Positions 42,907 to 51,233 of a DNA stretch of 64,000 nt are shown here, in pieces. The first letter of the stretch is position 1, and each line of letters begins with the position of its first letter. Origin of the DNA: Gemmatimonadota bacterium (GTDB lineage: Bacteria; Gemmatimonadota; Gemmatimonadetes; Gemmatimonadales; Gemmatimonadaceae); assembly GCA_021299375.1 (NCBI GenBank), contig JAJTGR010000011.1, positions 43,490 through 107,489 on the forward strand, written 5' to 3'. Both the position numbers and the translations under genes were made by a program. A model generated the notes under the pieces. That model saw only the letters and a list, made by a program, of their open reading frames with translations, ran no database searches and was not told where the DNA came from.

Positions 42907-43599
42907 ATGCCCATTGTCGATCACGCCACGCGGCTGATCACCTGCAAGCTGGTCTACTACGGTCCGGGCCGGTCGGGAAAGACCACCAATCTGACCTACC
43001 TGCATTCGGCGCTGCCGAGCGGGCAGGTGGGCTCGCTCACGTCGCTGGCCACGCGTCGTGACCGCACGCTCTTCTTCGACTACCTGCCGGTGGACCTTGG
43101 CAGGGTGGGGGCCTATCAGGTCCGCTTTCAGATCTACACGGTGCCGGGGCAGCCGTACTACAAGTCCATCCGCCAGCTCGTGCTGCACGGCGCCGATGGC
43201 GTGGCGTTCGTGGCCGACAGCGAGCGGCACCGCTGGGACGACAACCTGGAGAGCCTGCAGGACATGCACGCCAACCTCGCCGAACACGGCGTCGACGCGC
43301 GCGACCTGCCCATCGTCATGCAGTACAACAAGCAGGACCTGCCGCCGTCCCTGGCGGCCAGCGTTGCCGAGCTGTCGGTGGCGCTGAACTTCCGCGGGGT
43401 GCCCGAATTTGCGGCCGATGCACTCACCGGGGCGGGCGTGTTCGACACCTTGCGGAGCCTCGGGGTGCGGGTGATGCGGCGACTGGGCGCCGACGAGGGC
43501 ACCGCGAGCGGTCGTCGTGCCGAGCGGGCGCTGCGCACACGGCTGAGTACGCCGGTGCTCGCCGGTGACGACCACGAACTGCCTGAGGTGGCCGCGTGA
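42907..43599 (+). CDS. mglA: MglA-like small GTPase
   Basis: KLVYYGPGRSGKTTNL, DRTLFFDY, YTVPGQ, GADGVAFVADS, QYNKQDL, GVFDTL. Confidence 0.88.
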   Translation: MPIVDHATRLITCKLVYYGPGRSGKTTNLTYLHSALPSGQVGSLTSLATRRDRTLFFDYLPVDLGRVGAYQVRFQIYTVPGQPYYKSIRQLVLHGADGVAFVADSERHRWDDNLESLQDMHANLAEHGVDARDLPIVMQYNKQDLPPSLAASVAELSVALNFRGVPEFAADALTGAGVFDTLRSLGVRVMRRLGADEGTASGRRAERALRTRLSTPVLAGDDHELPEVAA

Positions 43600-45332
43600 C
43601 ACCTGAGCAGCCGGTCGATCGTGCCCTACGTTTCGAAACGTTCGTGGTGGGCTCGTCGAACAGGCTCGCCACTTCGGCCGCCCGTGCTGTCGCCGAGGCG
43701 CCCGCGCAGTCGTACAACCCGCTGTTCGTGTACGGCGCCTCGGGGTGCGGCAAGACCCATCTGGTGGCCGCGATCGCCAACCGCGCCTCGGAGGTGCATC
43801 CCGCGTTGCGCGTGCGCTTCTCGTCCGGCGAGGAGGTTGCCGACCACCTGCATCGCGTCATTGCCAGCGGCCAACCGCAGCTGTTTCTCTCCGACTACCA
43901 GCCGGTCGACCTGCTCATCCTCGATGATGTGCAGTTCCTCACCGGCCAGCGCGAGACGCAGAGCGAGCTCTTGCGGTTGCTCAACGCGCTGTTGCAGGGC
44001 GGCCAGCAGCTCGTGCTCACCAGTGACCGACAGCCGTCGGAGATTGCCGACGTCGACCAGCGCCTCCTGTCGCGCCTCGCCGGGGGCCTGGTCGTCGATG
44101 TCGGAGCGCCGGACTTCGAGATGCGCCTCGCCATCCTGCGCAACGTGTCGCAGGCGCGCACCGTGACCTTCGCCGATGGGGTGCTCGAGGCCGTGGCCCG
44201 CCTGCCGTTCGCCAACGTGCGCGAGCTCAAGGGGGCGCTCAACAAGCTCACCGCATACCAGCAACTCGAGGGGATGCCCATCTCCGCTGGCGATGTGCGG
44301 GCGGTGCTGGGTGAGGGGGGGGCATCAGCGCTGCCCGAGCGCATCGAGGCGATCATCCCGGCCGGCACCGACTACGACGGCTTTCTGGCCGATGTGCTGC
44401 AGGAGGTCGAATTGCGCGTGGAGCCGTGGCGCGTACGGCTCGGCGAAGCCATTGCCCGGTGGAAGCCCGACGGCTGGAGCGTAGCGGTGCTCGAGCGGGC
44501 CATGGCCCTGCCCATGGCGCCGGACGTGGAGGGGTTGCTGCAGGCCTATGCCGGGGCCGTGGCCCATCTCCAGGGCCTCGAGGCCCAGGCGGCAACGATC
44601 GATCCGGCGCTGCGCGGGCATGCGGCGTTTCGCGACGTGGAGGCCATTCCGGCGGCCCAGCAGCTGGTGCAGCAGGCCATGGCCTCGGCGCTCCCGCTCC
44701 CGGCGCCGTCGCCGGCATTCACGCGCGCCTCGCTCGACGCGGGGCCGGAACACCAGTTGGTGCTCCGAGCCATCGATGCCGTGATCGACGAACCGGGGCA
44801 GCGCTACAACCCACTGCTGCTGCACGGGCCGAGTGGTAGCGGCAAGACGCACAGTGCCCACGCCATCGGCAACGCCATGCGCGCGCGCTGGCCCGACCGG
44901 ATCGTGGCGTGCCTCTCCGCCGCCGTCTTTGTGGAGGAGCTGATCGCCGCGATGCAGGAGGGCGGCACGGAACGGTGGCGGGGGCGCTATCGCCGCGCCG
45001 ATGTGTTCATCCTCGACGATATTCAGCTGCTCGAGGGCAAGGAGCGCACCCAGGAGGAGCTGTTTCACCTGTTCAATCACCTCGTGGGGCGCGGCAGCCA
45101 GGTCGTGCTCACCAGCGACCGCGCGCCTCGCACGCTGCTGGGGCTTGCCGACCGCCTGCGTTCGCGCTTCGAGGGAGGGCTGGTGGCTGCCTTGCCGGCG
45201 CGGGAGCGTCCGCGGCTCGAACAACTCATCGCCCGCGCTCCGGGCGAGCGTGACCACTTCTTCGAAGATCGCGAGAAGACGATCTGGGCGTGGCCCGACC
45301 TCGGTGGCCGGCTGATCGAGGAGTACCGATGA
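43596..45332 (+). CDS. Protein with two DnaA/Hda-type AAA+ modules and no DNA-binding domain IV
   Basis: Module 1: YNPLFVYGASGCGKTHL, LLILDDVQ, TSDRQP, RLLSRLAGG, NVRELKGAL. Module 2: YNPLLLHGPSGSGKTH, FILDDIQ, TSDRAP, RLRSRFEGG. Confidence 0.88.
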   Translation: MTPEQPVDRALRFETFVVGSSNRLATSAARAVAEAPAQSYNPLFVYGASGCGKTHLVAAIANRASEVHPALRVRFSSGEEVADHLHRVIASGQPQLFLSDYQPVDLLILDDVQFLTGQRETQSELLRLLNALLQGGQQLVLTSDRQPSEIADVDQRLLSRLAGGLVVDVGAPDFEMRLAILRNVSQARTVTFADGVLEAVARLPFANVRELKGALNKLTAYQQLEGMPISAGDVRAVLGEGGASALPERIEAIIPAGTDYDGFLADVLQEVELRVEPWRVRLGEAIARWKPDGWSVAVLERAMALPMAPDVEGLLQAYAGAVAHLQGLEAQAATIDPALRGHAAFRDVEAIPAAQQLVQQAMASALPLPAPSPAFTRASLDAGPEHQLVLRAIDAVIDEPGQRYNPLLLHGPSGSGKTHSAHAIGNAMRARWPDRIVACLSAAVFVEELIAAMQEGGTERWRGRYRRADVFILDDIQLLEGKERTQEELFHLFNHLVGRGSQVVLTSDRAPRTLLGLADRLRSRFEGGLVAALPARERPRLEQLIARAPGERDHFFEDREKTIWAWPDLGGRLIEEYR

Positions 45333-45345
45333 TCGGACCACGCTG

Positions 45346-47037
45346 ATGGCCATTCGCGGCAACCTGAGTGAAGCCAATCTCGCCGACGTGCTGCAACTGC
45401 TCGCGCTGGGCCAGAAGACCGGCTGCTTGAGCATGGCGCGCGAGGGCAGTTTTGGCAGCATCCACTTCGCCGATGGGCGCGTCGTGCACGCCGGCCTCGT
45501 CAACCGGCGCGACCGGCTCGGTGACCGGCTCGTGCGCCTTGGCGTGATCGACGCCGACGAGCTGGCTCGCCTGGCCGCCGAGGTGGCGCCGCAGGACGAG
45601 CGGGAACTCGCCCAGACGCTGCTCCGGTCGGGGCGCGTGGACCGCGACGTGCTGCTCACCGAGTACCGCGTGCACGTGGAGGAGGCTGTCTATCATCTCC
45701 TCTCGTGGACGCATGGCACCTTCACGTTCGAGCCCGATGACGAGGCGGTCCTCGAACCGCCGTTGCTCTCGGTGAGCGCGGACTCGCTGCTGCTGGAGGG
45801 GGCGCGCCGTGTCGACGAGTGGACGCTCATCGCCAAGAAGATCCCCAGTCTCGACCTTATCTTCGAGCTGGACGGACCGCGCCTCACCCAGCGCGAGACG
45901 CCGCTCAGCCCCGAGCAGGAGCGCCTCCTCCCATTGCTCGACGGGCTGCAGGACGTGCAGGCCATCATCGAGCGCTCGGGCCTCGGGGAGTTCGACGTGG
46001 GCAAGGCGTTGTACGGTCTGCTCACCGCCGGCTACGTGCAGCGCGTGGGGCGCAGTGCGGCGCGCCATCAACCGCCGCCGGAAAGCCGCGTGGCTGAGCA
46101 TCGCAACCTGGGCGTGGCCTTCTACAGGACGGGGTTGCTGGAGGAGGCGCAGCGCGAATTCCGGCGTGTGCTGGAGCTGCGCGACGCCGACGGCGTCGCC
46201 CGCTTTCACCTCGGGCTGGTGCAGGCGCGGCGCGGTGAGTGGCAGGCCGCCACGGACACCTTTCGCCGGGCCGCCAGCGAGCCGGACGCGCCGGTGGCGG
46301 TGTACCACAACCTTGCCTTCGCGCTCGAGCAGTGCGGTGACCTCGACGGTGCGCGCCAGGCGCTGGCAGACGCGCAGGCTCGCGCCGGCTCGACGCCCGA
46401 TCCGCGCATCGCGCTGTCCCGCGCGTTCCTGCACCTGCAGGCCGGTGCGATGCCGGAGGCTGACGCCGCCCTCGCCGAGGCGCGGGCGCATTGGGGCGCC
46501 CGGCAGCCGTCGGCGGCGTGGTTCCATGCTGCCGGCCTGTCGGCCGCACTGGCCGGGGACGCCGTCCGTGCCGCCGCGGTCCTCGAGGAAGGCCTCGCCG
46601 TCCATCCGCACGCCGTGGCGCTGCACAACAATCTCGCCGTGGTGCAGGAGCGATGTGGGAGCTACGAGCTGGCTGCCCGTACCCTCGAGCACGCGTTGCT
46701 CGCCGACGCCAGCTGTGCGCACCTGCACAAGAACCTCGGCGATTACCTCTACCGCGCGCAGCGTTACGACGAGGCGTTCGACGCCTTCGTTCGGGTGAGC
46801 CGGCTGGCGCCGGCACACGGCCCCGACGTCCATCTCAAGCGTGGCAACATCCATTACCGGCGGGGGGAGCTCGAGGAGGCGCGGCGCGCGTGGCAGGAGG
46901 CCCTGTCGCTTGATCCGGGCAACCGCATCGTGCAGGCGAACCTGTCGGCGCTGCCGCCGGCCCCCTTCCCACCGCTCTCGGCGACGACGCCGAGCGATGG
47001 CACCGTGGCCGTCTTCGCGGTGGCCTCGGAGACGTGA
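45346..47037 (+). CDS. DUF4388 domain + TPR repeat protein
   Basis: MAIRGNLSEANLADVLQLL...KTGCL..GRVVHA..LLSWTHGTFTF; C-terminal TPRs (HRNLGVAFY, YHNLAFA, LHNNLAV, LHKNLGDY). Confidence 0.85.
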   Translation: MAIRGNLSEANLADVLQLLALGQKTGCLSMAREGSFGSIHFADGRVVHAGLVNRRDRLGDRLVRLGVIDADELARLAAEVAPQDERELAQTLLRSGRVDRDVLLTEYRVHVEEAVYHLLSWTHGTFTFEPDDEAVLEPPLLSVSADSLLLEGARRVDEWTLIAKKIPSLDLIFELDGPRLTQRETPLSPEQERLLPLLDGLQDVQAIIERSGLGEFDVGKALYGLLTAGYVQRVGRSAARHQPPPESRVAEHRNLGVAFYRTGLLEEAQREFRRVLELRDADGVARFHLGLVQARRGEWQAATDTFRRAASEPDAPVAVYHNLAFALEQCGDLDGARQALADAQARAGSTPDPRIALSRAFLHLQAGAMPEADAALAEARAHWGARQPSAAWFHAAGLSAALAGDAVRAAAVLEEGLAVHPHAVALHNNLAVVQERCGSYELAARTLEHALLADASCAHLHKNLGDYLYRAQRYDEAFDAFVRVSRLAPAHGPDVHLKRGNIHYRRGELEEARRAWQEALSLDPGNRIVQANLSALPPAPFPPLSATTPSDGTVAVFAVASET

Positions 47038-47507
47038 CGCAGATCGTCGTGGGCATCTCCGAGCTCGCCGTGGCCGCCGGACAGGCGTCTCTCGTCACCC
47101 TTGGGCTGGGCTCCTGCGTGGCGATTGCGCTCCACGTCGCCGACCAGCAGGTAGGCGGCCTGGCGCACGTGCTGCTGCCACACGCGCTGCACACCGACAC
47201 GCCACCAGGCAAGGTGCCCGCCCTGGCGGTGCCGGCCATGGTCGCCCGCATGCGCGCATTGGGTGCGTCGGGGCGCATCGAGGCTCGGCTGGTGGGCGGG
47301 GCGTCGATGTTCGCGGCGCTGCTGCCAGTCGGCAGCGAAGGGCTGGGCGTCCGCAACGTGGTGGCGGCACGCACGGCCTGCCACGCGGCCGACGTCCCGG
47401 TCGTGGGGGAGCTCACCGGCGGTGAGACGGGACGCTCGGTGTTCTTTTGCGTGCAGTCCGGACGCCTGCAGGTGCGCACTGTGTGGGGTGACGATGTCGT
47501 CCTCTGA
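47034..47507 (+). CDS. cheD: CheD receptor glutamine deamidase
   Basis: TLGLGSCVAI (catalytic Cys), GLAHVLLP (His), LVGGASMF, GVRN, GG..GRSV. Confidence 0.85.
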   Translation: MTQIVVGISELAVAAGQASLVTLGLGSCVAIALHVADQQVGGLAHVLLPHALHTDTPPGKVPALAVPAMVARMRALGASGRIEARLVGGASMFAALLPVGSEGLGVRNVVAARTACHAADVPVVGELTGGETGRSVFFCVQSGRLQVRTVWGDDVVL

Positions 47508-48636
47508 CTCCGCCACACCGACGCGAGATCGGCGGCGGGTGCTCGTCGTCGACGACAGTGCCTTCATGCGCCGCCTCGTGAGCGATGTGGTACAGGAGAG
47601 CGGCGAGTTCGAGGTGGTGGGTACGGCCCGCGACGGGCACGATGCGCTCCGTCAGGTGGCGGCGCTCGATCCCGACCTCGTCACCCTGGACGTGGACATG
47701 CCCGGACTCGACGGGTTGGCGGCGCTCGAGGCCATCATGCGCACGCGTCCACGGCCGGTCGTGATGCTCAGCGCGGGCGGAAGCGACGGCGGCGTGGACG
47801 CGACGCTGCGCGCCCTCGAGCGCGGGGCCGTCGACTTCGTGCGCAAACCGTCAGGGGCCATCAGTCTCGACCTGGATGCGGTGCGTGATCAGCTGGTACA
47901 GGCGCTGCGGGCGGCTGCCACCGTGCATCTGTCGCACCCTACGGAGCGCCCTCGGGCTCCGGTCGCGTCGCGCGGCCCGGTGGTCATGGAGTCGGGTGCC
48001 CCGCTGATCGGGGGGCGCCATACACCCCAGCCCCCTGCGGCGGTGGTGTGCATTGCCGCCTCCACCGGTGGACCGGCCGCGCTGGCCCGTGTGGTACCCC
48101 TGCTGCCGGCGTGGTCGGACGTGGCAGTGCTCATCGTGCAGCACATGCCTCCGGGGTTCACGGCCAGCTTTGCGCGGCGGCTCGATGGGCAATCCCGCCT
48201 TCGGGTGGCCGAAGCCGTGCATGGCGAGCCGCTGCGAGCCGGGCATGCCTACGTGGCGCCGGGCGGGTTGCATCTGCTGGTGCAGGGCTCGGCGCAGGCC
48301 CCGCGGATTGCGCTCAGCGAGGAGGCGCCGCTTTGGGGGGTGCGGCCCGCCGCCGATCTCCTCTTCCGGTCGGTCGCGGCGCTATATGGCCCGCGCGCGC
48401 TCGGCGTGGTGATGACGGGAATGGGCTGCGACGGGGCTGAGGGACTGATGGCCGTGCGTACCGCCGGTGGCGGCGCCCTCGTTCAGGACGTCGCGTCATC
48501 GGTCATCCCGGGTATGCCGCAAGCGGCCGTGCGGCATGCCGGCGTCGATGCGGAAGTACCGCTCGAGGAACTGGCCGGTGCCATGGCGGCGCAGCTGGAA
48601 GCACGGCGCGCTGCCGGTTGGTGTGCATCCGCCTGA
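47494..48636 (+). CDS. cheB: CheB methylesterase with receiver domain
   Basis: VLVVDDSAFMR, TLDVDMP; catalytic ASTGG, VQHMP, TGMGCDG. Confidence 0.93.
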   Translation: MSSSDSATPTRDRRRVLVVDDSAFMRRLVSDVVQESGEFEVVGTARDGHDALRQVAALDPDLVTLDVDMPGLDGLAALEAIMRTRPRPVVMLSAGGSDGGVDATLRALERGAVDFVRKPSGAISLDLDAVRDQLVQALRAAATVHLSHPTERPRAPVASRGPVVMESGAPLIGGRHTPQPPAAVVCIAASTGGPAALARVVPLLPAWSDVAVLIVQHMPPGFTASFARRLDGQSRLRVAEAVHGEPLRAGHAYVAPGGLHLLVQGSAQAPRIALSEEAPLWGVRPAADLLFRSVAALYGPRALGVVMTGMGCDGAEGLMAVRTAGGGALVQDVASSVIPGMPQAAVRHAGVDAEVPLEELAGAMAAQLEARRAAGWCASA

Positions 48637-48655
48637 CGCGCCCGGAGCACGCCGC

Positions 48656-49120
48656 ATGACCAGCCCATTTCGATCGCTGGCGGGACCGGCCTCCCGCCGC
48701 CGCGCGCGGTCGGTGGTGGAGCGCTCCACCTTCGTGATTGTCGAGCTGCGGGGCGAGCGCTTTGCCCTGCCGGTCGAGCTCGTCGAACGCGTCGTGCGCA
48801 TGCCGGCAGGCTTGCGGCACGTGCGCGTGGCGGATCAGGACCTGGCGCTGATCGAAACCGGTTCGCTGCTGGGCCTCGCACCGGCCGCCGGCAAGGCGGC
48901 GCCGACCCGCACCCTGATCGTGCGGGACCGATCGCACTGGTGGGCGCTGGAGGTCGACGCCGTGATCGAGGTCTGTGCCGTCGAGACGGCGACGATCACG
49001 CCGTGTCCGGCAGACGCGTCGGGCACCCGCCGCGGGGCGCGCGTCGCTACGTTTGAACGGCCTGGCCAGACCATCGTGGTGCTCGATCTTCTTCGCCTCC
49101 TTCCGGATGTTGCGTCGTGA
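48656..49120 (+). CDS. Divergent CheW-like protein
   Basis: FVIVELRGERFALPVELVERV..WALEVDAVIEV..IVVLDL; lacks the G.xNxRG motif. Confidence 0.7.
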   Translation: MTSPFRSLAGPASRRRARSVVERSTFVIVELRGERFALPVELVERVVRMPAGLRHVRVADQDLALIETGSLLGLAPAAGKAAPTRTLIVRDRSHWWALEVDAVIEVCAVETATITPCPADASGTRRGARVATFERPGQTIVVLDLLRLLPDVAS

Positions 49121-50016
49121 CCGTCCCGGTCTCTCCGTCTGATCCTGCCGGTTCCTCGCTTGCCGCGCGCCTGGCGCGGCTGCAGGCGGTGCTCGCCGCA
49201 GCCGGTACGGACGCCGCGGAGTGGCTCCCGCCCGAGCGCCGTGCCCAGCTCAAGCAGGATATCATCGCGCTGTTTCGCGATGCCGAAGTCGCGCTGGCCG
49301 AGGCGCAGGCGGCCAAGGACGGGGCGAAGCGGCTGGCCGAGCAGTGGAAGCAGCTCAGTGCCGGCGGTGGGGAGCCGACGAAGCCCGCGTCGGCGTCTGG
49401 GCCGTCGCGGCTCGATCACCTCGGGGCGTCAACCTACCTCGAAAAGGGGTGGTCACTGATTTCCGTGGAGGACGCGGTCGGGGCCGAAGCGGCCCTGCGC
49501 CGGGCTCTGGAGCTGGTGCCCGGGCACCTCGAAGGCGAAGCGCTGCTCGGCTGGGCGCAGATGCTACGTGAGCAATTCGACGAGGCCCGCACGACCATCG
49601 AGGGCATTCTGGCACGAGACCCCAGTCATGCCCTCGCCCGCACCAATCTCGGGTACATCGCCCTGCGCGGCGGCCACCACGGCGAGGCCATCGAGCAGCT
49701 CACACAGGCGATTGCTGCGGGGACTGACCGCAAGGCCACGTTATACGCGCATCTCTACCTCGGGATGGTCTATCGCGAGCGCGAGATGTTCGATGACGCG
49801 GAGCAGTACTTCCGCAAGGCGCTGGCGCTCGGACCCAACTTGCTGCAAGCGTGGTACGAACTCGGGTTCACATTCTGGCGCAGCGGCCGAGGGGCCGAGG
49901 CGATGACGGCGTGGAAAACCGGCGCCGAGGCCAACAAGTTCAGTCCATGGGGCAAACGGTGCGGGGCCGTGGTGACCGCGGTGGAGCAGGGAGGCGAGCC
50001 GCCGGGCGACGCGTAG
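49117..50016 (+). CDS. N-terminal coiled coil + TPR repeat protein
   Basis: GTGA overlap; heptad segment QLKQDIIALFRDAE..AKRLAEQW; TPRs (ARTNLGYI, AHLYLGMVY, AWYELG). Confidence 0.82.
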   Translation: MTVPVSPSDPAGSSLAARLARLQAVLAAAGTDAAEWLPPERRAQLKQDIIALFRDAEVALAEAQAAKDGAKRLAEQWKQLSAGGGEPTKPASASGPSRLDHLGASTYLEKGWSLISVEDAVGAEAALRRALELVPGHLEGEALLGWAQMLREQFDEARTTIEGILARDPSHALARTNLGYIALRGGHHGEAIEQLTQAIAAGTDRKATLYAHLYLGMVYREREMFDDAEQYFRKALALGPNLLQAWYELGFTFWRSGRGAEAMTAWKTGAEANKFSPWGKRCGAVVTAVEQGGEPPGDA

Positions 50017-50030
50017 TCGGCGGTCGCCCC

Positions 50031-51233
50031 GTGGCGCCCTGGTGGGTCCTGCCGTTCCGCCATGCGGCTTTCCGGCTCGCGCCGTTTCGGTTCGCGTGGC
50101 TGCAGCTCGCGCGGTTCAGTCTCCTTCGGTCGCAGCTCGCGACGCCCACGCCAGCGCCCCTCCGCGTCCTCCTCGCCGCTGCACTCGTCACCGCGTTCGC
50201 CCTGACCCCCGTCCCGTCGTCCGCGAGGGCCCAGGTGGTCTCCATCCCCACCGCCGGCATCCGCCTCGACGGCGGCCGCTTCACCGTGGTGGCCGACCGG
50301 CAGGACGTGCGGTTGGCCACGGCCTTGCTGGCGGCGGCGCAGCGGCGCGACACCTTCCCGGGGTTGCCGCGGCCCCAGGCGCGGGTGCTGATCGCGGTGG
50401 CACCGGATGCCGAACGCTTTCGCGCCTGGGTCGGGCCGTTCGCCCCGGAATGGGGGGCGGCTATCGCTTTTCCCGACGAGCAACGCCTGGTGATGCAGGG
50501 TGGACGGGCCGGGTCGGACGCCGGCGATCCGCTGATCGTGCTGCGCCACGAACTGGCGCACCTGGCGCTCCACGAGGTCATGGGGCCGCTGCCGCCCCGC
50601 TGGTTCGACGAAGGCTACGCCAGTGTGGCCGCCGGGGAATTCACCCGCGAGCAGGCCTTTGAAACGTCGCTCGGCATGGTATGGCGCACACTGCCATCGC
50701 TGGACGCGCTCGAGCGCGGGTTTCGCGGTGGCGGCATGGAGGCCTCGTGGAGTTATGCCATGGCCCACCGCATCGTGAGTGAGCTCGACCAGCTGGGCGG
50801 CCCCATGGGGCTCACCAACCTGTTCACGTACTGGAAAGACAGCGGGTCGTTCGAGAAGGCGGTGCGCGGTGCCTACGGCATGACCGGCGACGCGTTCGAG
50901 AAGCACTGGCAGCAGCAGACGCGGCGCCGGTACGGCGCGCTGGCGCTGGTGACCAACGTGTCAGCGGCGGTCGGCCTGTTCGCCATCGTGCTGGTGCCGC
51001 TGTTCATCAGCCGGCGGCGGCGCGACCGGCGCAAGCTCGAGGCGATGCGCACCGCCGACGCCCTGCAGGAGGCGGCAGCTCGGGACAGTGCGTTGCAGGC
51101 CATGCTCGACGCCGGGAACCCCCAGGTGGGCTCAATCGACGAGTCCGCCGCGCCACCTCAGGTCACGTCCGGATCGGACACCCACGATGAACCCTTGCCC
51201 GGGGTGGCCGTGTCCCGGTATCCTGCGGCATGA
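50031..51233 (+). CDS. Peptidase MA-like (HExxH) domain protein, exported with a C-terminal membrane anchor
   Basis: Signal-like LRVLLAAALV..ARAQ; PEWGAAIA, LRHELAH, PRWFDEGYA; TM segment then RRRRDRRK. Start is uncertain. Confidence 0.75.
   Translation: MAPWWVLPFRHAAFRLAPFRFAWLQLARFSLLRSQLATPTPAPLRVLLAAALVTAFALTPVPSSARAQVVSIPTAGIRLDGGRFTVVADRQDVRLATALLAAAQRRDTFPGLPRPQARVLIAVAPDAERFRAWVGPFAPEWGAAIAFPDEQRLVMQGGRAGSDAGDPLIVLRHELAHLALHEVMGPLPPRWFDEGYASVAAGEFTREQAFETSLGMVWRTLPSLDALERGFRGGGMEASWSYAMAHRIVSELDQLGGPMGLTNLFTYWKDSGSFEKAVRGAYGMTGDAFEKHWQQQTRRRYGALALVTNVSAAVGLFAIVLVPLFISRRRRDRRKLEAMRTADALQEAAARDSALQAMLDAGNPQVGSIDESAAPPQVTSGSDTHDEPLPGVAVSRYPAA

Noticed and set aside
43596-45332. Replication initiator dnaA / oriC
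   Set aside because: No domain I or IV, two ATPase modules, no dnaN nearby, and no DnaA-box cluster or AT-rich unwinding region seen.
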